From Oligoflexales bacterium (GTDB lineage Bacteria; Bdellovibrionota_B; Oligoflexia; Oligoflexales; Bog-1112), in NCBI GenBank assembly GCA_045105515.1, contig JBGCDR010000064.1, positions 1,460 to 65,459 on the forward strand: 64,000 nucleotides of DNA, given 5' to 3'. A program made the position numbers and the translations under genes. Below, in pieces: positions 55,412 through 63,741 of the stretch. The notes under the pieces were generated by a model, which did not search any database, was not told where the DNA came from, and saw only the letters and a list, made by a program, of their open reading frames with translations. Numbering within the stretch: position 1 is the stretch's first letter; each line of letters opens with the position of its first letter.

Positions 55412-57932
55412 AAACGCACTAGCAAAACGAAATATGCTTACAGATGCTCTTTTTAAAAGACCTGAATCCCTAGGAAGCCTCTTACCTTATGAGGAATACT
55501 TGGATGACTTAGGTATATTTCAGTTAAAGGATGGATCATTAGGAGCTGTGTTTAAAGTGGAGCTCCTTGAGCATGAGTCCATGACAGAAGACCAAGTTTT
55601 AAGATCCATTTCCACTCTAAAGCAGTGGTTTTCCCTCCCTGAAAATTGTGCCCTCCAAGTGCTATTCGATAGCTCTAGGTATTCACCATTAGACAATAAA
55701 ATACAGGATATTAAGGACACTTTTGACAAACCTCACCCAGTTTCTAAAGTACTCTTCGAAGAAAGGCTTAAACTAGTTCAAAGAGATTGCTCGAAAGCAT
55801 CAGAGACAAGTCCACTTCAGCGGCAGCTTCTGATCTCAGTTAGGCACTTCATGGCAAAAACCTCCAAGATTAGATTAAGCGACTTGTCAAAACCTAATGC
55901 TTCCATTGGTCGCGAGCTAAAAGATTTTAGAAACGAGCTGCAAAAATTCGATCATTTACTTAAAGAGTTTAAAGAAAATAGTGAAATATCTATCAAACAG
56001 TTAGCAGGTGACGAGTTAGTTAGAATTATTAGGAAGCAGTTCAATCCTGAATCCTACTACAAGAGAACTTTTGCTCCTCTCAATAAAAACGTTGCCATAT
56101 CTGAACAGCTAATTTTCTCAACACCAAAACTTAGTTTTGAAGGTATTGAATGTGAAGGATACAAGACCAGGACTTTGACGATAAAAACTGCTCCTTCTTA
56201 TTCCTACCCTGGAGGAATGGCTTATTTTGTTGGCTTAACTTTTCCCTTTCGGATTAGCATCAATTACTCATTTCCCAGGGTTCAAGATGTGAAGAAGTTC
56301 CTAGGAATGAAGGAATTTTTTCTTGAAAATGCTGCTACAGCCAAAGCTAGAGTCCAAAAAGCTGAAATCGATGAAGTTCAGTATAAGTTAGCTCTTGATG
56401 ACCGTGTTCTTCACATGACATTCTGTATAATCATCGATGGTAAAACCGATGAGGAGCTTGACGAAAAAACACGCAAAATTTGTCACATCTGCCACAGCTA
56501 CCTGGAATGCGAGGTCATCTCTGAAACAGATATTGGACTTGGTTTATGGATGAATGGACTGCCATTAAACTATACCCCTGATGCAGACCTCTCTACAAGG
56601 CGTGCTATCCGAATACTAAGATCTGATACAATCAATTTCATCCCTGTATTCGATTCTTTCAGAGGATCTAGAACACCTGTAAGTCTGCACTTATCAAGAG
56701 AGAACAATCTTGTACCCTTCTCTTTGCTAGAAAACGAAACTTCCAATCACACTGTTGTGCTTGCAGATACAGGATCAGGCAAATCGGCTTTTGTGGTAGA
56801 TTGGCTTCAGTCAGTCAAAAAACTAAGTCCTGAACCAATTGTCTTTATCATAGATAAGAAGTCTAGTTACGGGATGTTAAGCCAATACTACAACGGCGAT
56901 TTAACAGTTTTCAAACGAGACCAGAAGATTCCCTTTTCTCCATTCCGCGGGTTCTACAACGAGGAAAAGATTGCATTTCTGACTAAAATGATCTCTATGG
57001 CATTAAAGTTAACCTCTCCTAGTTTCTCGGTTGAAAGTGAGCATCAAACTTTAATCTCTAAAGCTCTTAAATTAGCCTATCTGAAGAAACTAGATCGACA
57101 TGGTCTAGACTACATCGAAGGTGAGTTTATCAAGCACAAAGACAATACTCCAGTAAGCATAGATATGAATGATTTCATTGTAGAGCTTGGTAGCTTGGTA
57201 CAGGGAAAAAATATAAGCGATCGCTCTATTATTGAAACTCTAGTTTCGAAATTGAAACCGTTTTATGGAGATGGGACCTACGCAGCTTTTTTTACCTCAG
57301 GCAAGTCTTCATCTCTCGATTCAGAAACGCTCTTTTATGTTTATGACCTTGATGCTTTAGATGGTGATCCAACTCTACAAACATTGATGACTATGGCAGT
57401 TATTGAAGAAATCCGCTGCATTCTCAGCCTGCCTCAACATGCTGGAAGAACCGGATTTTTGGTTATGGAAGAGTTTGCTATGTTGGGACGAAATAATCCT
57501 GCATTTAGAGACTTTGCCATAGATTTTGCAGAAACGATGAGGAAAAGGGGATGCTGGTTAATTACCTTAACGCCAAGGCCCCAAAATTACTTTGACCTAG
57601 AAGTGGGCAAAGCATTTTGGGGAGTTGCTGATAATTATATTTTTCTTCAAATGAGTACTGATAACGTAGATCATATTGCGAAAAAATCTTCACTGCTGAA
57701 TGAAGCCAATCAAGAAATTATCCGATCTCTACGAACTAAAAAAGGTAAGTATGCTGACATTTACTACATGAACAAGAGTAAGAGTACTGAAGGAGCCTTT
57801 CGCTACAGACAAACAGCATACGATCGTTGGATGTGTCCATCAAATGCCAAAGATACAGCAAAAGTAATTGATGCTTTTGAAAAATACCCAGATAAATGGC
57901 AAGCCTTAAAATACCTTGTCGAGCAAGAATAA
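55398..57932 (+). CDS. traC: TraC (VirB4-family) T4SS ATPase
   Basis: About 845 aa. Walker A DTGSGKSAFV and Walker B FLVMEEFAML. Typical F-type TraC length and position after traV. ATG 55398 follows AAGGTGG. Confidence 0.85.
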   Translation: MKVIENALAKRNMLTDALFKRPESLGSLLPYEEYLDDLGIFQLKDGSLGAVFKVELLEHESMTEDQVLRSISTLKQWFSLPENCALQVLFDSSRYSPLDNKIQDIKDTFDKPHPVSKVLFEERLKLVQRDCSKASETSPLQRQLLISVRHFMAKTSKIRLSDLSKPNASIGRELKDFRNELQKFDHLLKEFKENSEISIKQLAGDELVRIIRKQFNPESYYKRTFAPLNKNVAISEQLIFSTPKLSFEGIECEGYKTRTLTIKTAPSYSYPGGMAYFVGLTFPFRISINYSFPRVQDVKKFLGMKEFFLENAATAKARVQKAEIDEVQYKLALDDRVLHMTFCIIIDGKTDEELDEKTRKICHICHSYLECEVISETDIGLGLWMNGLPLNYTPDADLSTRRAIRILRSDTINFIPVFDSFRGSRTPVSLHLSRENNLVPFSLLENETSNHTVVLADTGSGKSAFVVDWLQSVKKLSPEPIVFIIDKKSSYGMLSQYYNGDLTVFKRDQKIPFSPFRGFYNEEKIAFLTKMISMALKLTSPSFSVESEHQTLISKALKLAYLKKLDRHGLDYIEGEFIKHKDNTPVSIDMNDFIVELGSLVQGKNISDRSIIETLVSKLKPFYGDGTYAAFFTSGKSSSLDSETLFYVYDLDALDGDPTLQTLMTMAVIEEIRCILSLPQHAGRTGFLVMEEFAMLGRNNPAFRDFAIDFAETMRKRGCWLITLTPRPQNYFDLEVGKAFWGVADNYIFLQMSTDNVDHIAKKSSLLNEANQEIIRSLRTKKGKYADIYYMNKSKSTEGAFRYRQTAYDRWMCPSNAKDTAKVIDAFEKYPDKWQALKYLVEQE

Positions 57933-57976
57933 GCATTAAGAAGTAAAAAAAATAATTCAATACTAAGGTGGACGGT

Positions 57977-59254
57977 ATGCATAATCTAGCGTTTTTACTA
58001 TCTTTATTTCTCTCTAGTCAAGCTCTAGGAAAGATGAGTTTCAAATCAAGTAGTCGTGTGAGCTCTCAAGACTACCTCTATAAGTCTTATTCACCGTTTG
58101 AAGATCCACTATTTAACCGACATGCTCCAATTAGCTTAGATGTAGATGTGGGAGTGACTTCTGATTGTGGAAAAATCGACTTCAAATCTACCATGCAAGC
58201 TGCTCTAAAAAATATCCTAAATGCTAACTACCTGCAAAATCTTGGGCAAGGTATTGTTGCTGCCTCGCCTATGCTTACAGTTTGCTATATGAGCCCTACA
58301 TGGTGTGCCATATTAAAGCAGTTTCGTCTAAGAGCAAGTTTCCTTACCGACATGAGGCTTAAGCAATGTCAAGCTATCAATCGCTTCGTAGATCAAAGAG
58401 TTTCAGATTTCTATCAGGAGCGTTCTCAATGCGTCAGAAACCAGATTGATGCAAAAAGCGGTAACTTTGAGGAGGCCATGGATGTCTGCAATAACAGTCA
58501 TGATAGAAAACTCACCGATTGGGCCGGCCAACGAGTTGATTCTCTGAAAATACTTGAAGATACAGCAAAATGGGCTGGGCTCAATGGCACTGAAGGCAAT
58601 GAACTCGTTGGGTTAGTAAAATCGATGATTGGGGATGATATCATCAAGCAAAATCGAATAAGTGTAGACTATGGGCCTAGACGAATGAATCTCACTCCAC
58701 GTACCTATCTTCTCGAGATCAAGCAGGCAAAGCATCGAGACCTCTGTGACAAACTTATGCGTCGCATCGCAAAAAATGAGGGTCGAGTAGAGGTATCAGA
58801 ACAAGAGCTACAACAAATTAGCGGGGGCAATCAAAAAATCCTTGATCGTCAAACACTAATGTCCCTTGCTTTTCTGCCCTATCAAAAAAGACAGATATAT
58901 TGTAAGGAACTTTCAGATGCTCTTGCTATAGGTGAATTCAATGAAGATATGTCAAAAACCTTAGATTTTTTGGCAAGCAAGGTAGGTACCAATCCAAATA
59001 TTTCCAATGTGCAACAAGAAAATATAGCCCGCAAACGCGGTGCTTTAAAGGATCAAATCGAGTTGACGCAATCGATTGAACGGATTGAAGCGACTCCTCT
59101 AAACAAAATACTATTTCAGATCAATAAAGAAGGCGAAAGATTCATTGAAGCAGCATCAAAACGCCAGCTAGGTGCTTCTGAGAATTCACGAATAAATCAT
59201 CGAGTGGACAGCGTATTCTTTGACTGTGCTGATGGTATAGGTTGTTCAAGATAG
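57977..59254 (+). CDS. traH: TraH-like periplasmic T4SS protein (tentative)
   Basis: Signal peptide MHNLAFLLSLFLSSQALG. SDCGKIDF compares with F TraH AGCGGIDA, and RLKQCQAIN with LSSCQAAQ. The position immediately before the TraG_N gene matches F traH-traG. An alternative, less likely, is a divergent TraN, given the roughly 11 Cys residues. Confidence 0.45.
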   Translation: MHNLAFLLSLFLSSQALGKMSFKSSSRVSSQDYLYKSYSPFEDPLFNRHAPISLDVDVGVTSDCGKIDFKSTMQAALKNILNANYLQNLGQGIVAASPMLTVCYMSPTWCAILKQFRLRASFLTDMRLKQCQAINRFVDQRVSDFYQERSQCVRNQIDAKSGNFEEAMDVCNNSHDRKLTDWAGQRVDSLKILEDTAKWAGLNGTEGNELVGLVKSMIGDDIIKQNRISVDYGPRRMNLTPRTYLLEIKQAKHRDLCDKLMRRIAKNEGRVEVSEQELQQISGGNQKILDRQTLMSLAFLPYQKRQIYCKELSDALAIGEFNEDMSKTLDFLASKVGTNPNISNVQQENIARKRGALKDQIELTQSIERIEATPLNKILFQINKEGERFIEAASKRQLGASENSRINHRVDSVFFDCADGIGCSR

Positions 59255-59262
59255 GGGATAAA

Positions 59263-60789
59263 ATGTTTAGTTCGACAGCTTACGAAGCCTATTATACTTA
59301 TATAGGCATGTACTTACATCAAACTTCCATTCAAATCATAAGCTCACACACTGTTTTATTTGCTATTCTCACTTTAATACTTGGGATTACCCTGTTCTTA
59401 GGTATTTGGAAATACTTCTCTAAATATTTTCCGCCCTCTTTTGGCTGTGGACCTTCCGTAGGACCAGGATATTTCATTAAGCTACTGGTATGCTTTGTCC
59501 TCGGAATATCCCTCTTAAGATTGGGTAGTGAAAGTGAGGTAAAAAATTATAATAATGACTCCTGGCATAACAATCCCTATGTGGCATCTCGAACTTTAGT
59601 GGTCAATGAAAAATATAAGGTTAGTTTTATTTTTGATCTATTAACCAGAACTGCTGAAGAGATAGCTGCTTATGCTAGCAAAGTTGTTGACGAATTATTT
59701 GCTAGCTCAAACTCCGAGCTCGAAGCACCAGCTGCTTTTTATAAAGCAATTCTTTTTGCCGGATCGCAGACTATAGATGATTTGGATCTAAGGGACAAAA
59801 TTGATGTTTATACTGATAGCTGTTTTGAGCAAGTTTTACCATTGATAAGTTTAGCTGCCCGGCAAGACAAAATAGATGTATTCTTCAATGCTGATGGTGT
59901 CATAGACCGAGAACTTAAAGAAATCGAGATTACAAAGGATGATGGGACAAAGCAAAATTGCCTGGATTTAAAAAATTCTTTAAGGCGACAACTACACAGT
60001 TATGCGGGAGAAAAGGGAGCGCCATTTTGGAAAGCTTATCGTGGAAAATATAATTTTTATAACACTGAAGATTCAATTCTTCAAGAGTACAATCTGATTG
60101 CTTCTAGCACCCTGGTCAATCACTACATGTCCCAAAGCGAGAGTCTTCTTGGGGAGCAAAAAGGATCTGAAGTAAGGGGCACATTAGCAAACTTTCTTCG
60201 TGGTTGGAATCAACTAACTTCTTGGGATGGCGTTTTATCCCTTTTTGGCAAAAAAAATCAGGTAGGTGCTGTTTTAACAGCCGAAAGAGCAGAAAAATTC
60301 TCAGAATATCTTCAAAGAGCACCTCACCTGAAAGGGATGGTTAAGATGTTTTTAATTCTTATCTTTCCTTGGCTTGTTTTCTTCGTGATTGCAGGAAGAT
60401 GGAAGATCCTGGTAGCCTGGTTTGCTCTTTATTGTTCGGTACTTCTCTGGACTCCGCTGTGGATCCTTTTGTACCATTTAATGACTAGTATTGCTGTGTC
60501 AACCGATCTTATGCTCGAATGGGGACGTATCTCAGATGGAATCTCATTATATTCAGCCAGCTTTATCACAACCAAAATCTACCAATTTTATGCAATTTAC
60601 TCATGGTTACAGCTAATAGTTGGGCCACTTCCTACTATGATTCTGGCATATGGATGCTTTGCGGGGATACTGAATGATTCGCAAACTGAAAACACTCCCC
60701 AGGTAGTATCAGATGCCAAAGATATTGGATTAGGAGCTGCAACCGGAGGAGCTTCAGGCACTGCTAGTGCACTGGTTAGAAAGATCTAA
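59263..60789 (+). CDS. traG: TraG N-terminal-domain-like polytopic membrane protein (no C-terminal TraG domain)
   Basis: Multiple TM helices at both ends with a large periplasmic loop. The position after the TraH-like gene supports the call. About 508 aa, against my recollection of roughly 940 aa for F TraG. ATG 59263 follows GGGGA; the track start is TTG 59242. Confidence 0.5.
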   Translation: MFSSTAYEAYYTYIGMYLHQTSIQIISSHTVLFAILTLILGITLFLGIWKYFSKYFPPSFGCGPSVGPGYFIKLLVCFVLGISLLRLGSESEVKNYNNDSWHNNPYVASRTLVVNEKYKVSFIFDLLTRTAEEIAAYASKVVDELFASSNSELEAPAAFYKAILFAGSQTIDDLDLRDKIDVYTDSCFEQVLPLISLAARQDKIDVFFNADGVIDRELKEIEITKDDGTKQNCLDLKNSLRRQLHSYAGEKGAPFWKAYRGKYNFYNTEDSILQEYNLIASSTLVNHYMSQSESLLGEQKGSEVRGTLANFLRGWNQLTSWDGVLSLFGKKNQVGAVLTAERAEKFSEYLQRAPHLKGMVKMFLILIFPWLVFFVIAGRWKILVAWFALYCSVLLWTPLWILLYHLMTSIAVSTDLMLEWGRISDGISLYSASFITTKIYQFYAIYSWLQLIVGPLPTMILAYGCFAGILNDSQTENTPQVVSDAKDIGLGAATGGASGTASALVRKI

Positions 60790-60910
60790 TTATTAATACT
60801 ATTCAAAATTTAATTTGTGTATCCACTCAGCCCTCCTGATGCTAATACTCTCTTCCCCGACACCATCAATCTAAAACTTAAAATTCAAAATATCATCGAA
60901 GGTATAGAGC

Positions 60911-62437
60911 ATGAAAAAAAACAACAAACTGCAAATAGATCAAAGTCAAGCTAGAGAGAGCTCAATATCAAGTCACCTAAACGAATTTGTTGTAATTTCA
61001 GGAATGGGTATTTGGATTTTAATAAAATCAATTATTTCAAAATATGCTCCCATTACGATTGGAATATTATCTGTAGTTGGCTACCTCACCTACCAAATTG
61101 CAGTTTCAGGCAAGCATATTCAGTGGATTCATGAGTTGGATCCTGAATTATTTTCACTAGAACGACTAGACTGGTTATGGGATATTCCTGTTATTTATCA
61201 TTGCTTGTTTCTATATTTGACAATCCTCTCACCAACTGTGCTCATATTGGGAATTTGCGTACGAGGCCGAAGAACTAAGTATCAAAAAATATTTCAATCA
61301 ATTGGTCTTACAAATGGTCATAAAGACACACCAAAACTGCTAAAATTTGATCGTTTCGATAGATTCAGAAAAAGTTATTTATTCGATGCCAATGGCATTG
61401 GTCTATCAGAGTTTGAAGAGAAAAGAGAACGGCTAGAATCCAATTTCCGATCCAACATTGAATCTATTAAACTAGGACCAAGACCAGGGTTAGTCTTAAT
61501 TAGCTTCAATGACAAAAAATTCCCTGACTCAGTAAAATATACTGACTTAGCAGCTTCTACAATATTACCGCGTGACTCATTTTTTATTGGACAATCTACT
61601 GAAGGCACAATCACTCAGGCAATATCAGATCTGCCACATATGCTGATAGCTGGTACGACTGGAAGTGGAAAATCGGTTGCATTCAAGCAAATTCTCATGG
61701 GTCTTCTTGAATCATCAAAGCACCTACAGATGTATCTTGTCGATTTAAAGGGTGGTGTAGAGATGATTGACTTTGTTAAGTGCCCAAATGTCAAAGTAGT
61801 CAAATCTATGGAGGAAGCACTCATCGTACTTAGAATGGTAGAGAAGGAAATGAAAGAGCGCTTTCGTTACCTAGAAGAATGTAATCGCAAGCAGATTATC
61901 CCTGAAATTGATAAAAAAGATAGGATCGTTGTTGGTGTTGATGAATGTTCAGTCTTATATATGAATCGGCCAAGAAATGATCCTGAATATGAGGACGCAC
62001 TTGAAGCAAGGCAACTCGCCGATTCTATATGCAAATTATCAAGAGCTGCTTCAATCCATATGATCCTTGCGACACAAAAACTCGATCGACAAGTAATTCC
62101 AACCTCAGTTTCTGAGAATATATCTGGGAGATTAGCTTTTCGAGCAAACTCTCTTCAGGGAAGCTTAATTGTCTTGGGTTCAAAAGATGCTTGCGAGTTA
62201 CCTGAAATTCCAGGCCGCGGAATATGGTCATTCGGAACGAAAAAAGTGATTGTCCAAGCTCCATATATTGAAGAAAAGACAATCAAGGCTAGAAGCGAAA
62301 ATATATCCAAGTTGTTCACAGCGGGTAAGAAAAAACTGTTAAATCCAATGCTAGGAAATGAAGCTAACTCTAACAAAAGAATGAAGAAAGCTTATTCTAG
62401 ATTGACGGAGAATGATGATGCACCTAAGCGAACATGA
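60911..62437 (+). CDS. FtsK/SpoIIIE-family DNA translocase, putative type IV coupling protein
   Basis: N-terminal TM helices. Walker A GTTGSGKSVAF and Walker B IVVGVDECSVL. IHMILATQKLDRQVIPTSVSENISGRLAFRANS is an FtsK-type motif. Confidence 0.8.
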   Translation: MKKNNKLQIDQSQARESSISSHLNEFVVISGMGIWILIKSIISKYAPITIGILSVVGYLTYQIAVSGKHIQWIHELDPELFSLERLDWLWDIPVIYHCLFLYLTILSPTVLILGICVRGRRTKYQKIFQSIGLTNGHKDTPKLLKFDRFDRFRKSYLFDANGIGLSEFEEKRERLESNFRSNIESIKLGPRPGLVLISFNDKKFPDSVKYTDLAASTILPRDSFFIGQSTEGTITQAISDLPHMLIAGTTGSGKSVAFKQILMGLLESSKHLQMYLVDLKGGVEMIDFVKCPNVKVVKSMEEALIVLRMVEKEMKERFRYLEECNRKQIIPEIDKKDRIVVGVDECSVLYMNRPRNDPEYEDALEARQLADSICKLSRAASIHMILATQKLDRQVIPTSVSENISGRLAFRANSLQGSLIVLGSKDACELPEIPGRGIWSFGTKKVIVQAPYIEEKTIKARSENISKLFTAGKKKLLNPMLGNEANSNKRMKKAYSRLTENDDAPKRT

Positions 62438-63170
62438 TCTTAACTTGCTCAAATATCTCTTCAAAGTTAAAGTTGCGACATACAAGCAGATTCACCGGGA
62501 TATTTACCCTATGTATGCAATGAAAACAACTTATAAGCGCGTTATAACTTTGCAAAAGAATCGCTTATTATTCTCTTCCTATAATAGGATTGGTCTCCCA
62601 AAAGAAAAGGTTTTATCCTTAACTAAGCTTGGTTATGGTAAATTTGTAGAAATTGGTGGTGAATCTCGGGTTGAATTGAAAAGTGATGCTGTTGCTCATG
62701 ATCTTGTCCTTGCTGATATCAGACATAAATTTTTGAAGCTCAAACAAATTAAAGATTACTATACAGAAAATCAGGTTCAAACATGGTGGCAAAAATCTTC
62801 AGACTATGTGCAGAAGGGTCTTGCAAGCTTAAATACCGATGCCTTGGCGCTAACAAGCATCGGAGATGAGCTTGTCTGGGCAGCAATTGAGTATGAACCT
62901 TCGGAAAAAAGTGAAGCACGCTATCGATCTATTGTGAAGCGATTCTACTCAAATGATGATCTTACATTTGTTTTATATTGTTGCGGTAATGAGAAGATAA
63001 AAAGCAGATTAATCGAAGCAGAACAAAAAATTTATAAAAACTCATTTCCAAAACTATTTTTCAATGTAAAAAATTTTTCAAACACTGGTGATACTTTTAT
63101 TTTCTTAAATCGAGACAAAAAAAAGCTAAGTTTACAACAAAAATCAGTTACAGATCCTCTAGAGAATTAG
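62412..63170 (+). CDS. replication-relaxation family protein (candidate non-canonical relaxase)
   Basis: LSEHDLNLLKYLFKVKVATYKQIHRDIYP...RVITLQKNRLL...LSLTKLGY...AHDLVLADI follows the winged-helix and His-containing pattern of Replic_Relax proteins. Confidence 0.65.
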   Translation: MMMHLSEHDLNLLKYLFKVKVATYKQIHRDIYPMYAMKTTYKRVITLQKNRLLFSSYNRIGLPKEKVLSLTKLGYGKFVEIGGESRVELKSDAVAHDLVLADIRHKFLKLKQIKDYYTENQVQTWWQKSSDYVQKGLASLNTDALALTSIGDELVWAAIEYEPSEKSEARYRSIVKRFYSNDDLTFVLYCCGNEKIKSRLIEAEQKIYKNSFPKLFFNVKNFSNTGDTFIFLNRDKKKLSLQQKSVTDPLEN

Positions 63171-63311
63171 TGGAGAACATTCTCCAAAAGAATTACTCTA
63201 TCTTACTATAATCATTGTTATTATCTTAATCTTATTTTCTGACTAACTACTCTAAATACGAAAATCCCATCTATTAATTTTTCTATTACTTATTTCAACT
63301 AGGAGTCTATT

Positions 63312-63701
63312 ATGCCGGAGTCCAATACTTCTCAAACTACTCAGAGTTCGTCACCAAAATCCTCTCCGACCTGCACTATTCCTATCCGTATTTCCAAGCC
63401 CACAAGCCGCGTTCTTCGAGCTATCGTCAACAAATGCAATAAGAAATCCCTTGGCAGGAAAGTTAAAGCAGATGATGTGATCGAAAAATCCCTAATACTA
63501 CTTACAAATCAAGAGATCGAAGAAATTAAGAACAAAACTCTCTCTAGCAAAGACAAGCTCGAAATAGAACTCAAAATGTACAGCAGAAAAAATGGCTGCA
63601 TTTCCAAAGATGATTTTTTGCAGCTCATCTTGTCTAAAGCAATTCCTCACCTTTCTCAGGCACAGGGAATAAATTCCAAAAAAGAAACTACATCTTCTTA
63701 A
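63312..63701 (+). CDS. hypothetical protein (129 aa)
   Basis: AGGAG RBS. Ser/Thr-rich N-terminus. No domain recognised. Confidence 0.45.
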   Translation: MPESNTSQTTQSSSPKSSPTCTIPIRISKPTSRVLRAIVNKCNKKSLGRKVKADDVIEKSLILLTNQEIEEIKNKTLSSKDKLEIELKMYSRKNGCISKDDFLQLILSKAIPHLSQAQGINSKKETTSS

Positions 63702-63741
63702 AAATCCCAACTTGCCTGTAATAATCACAAAAGGAGTAGTC

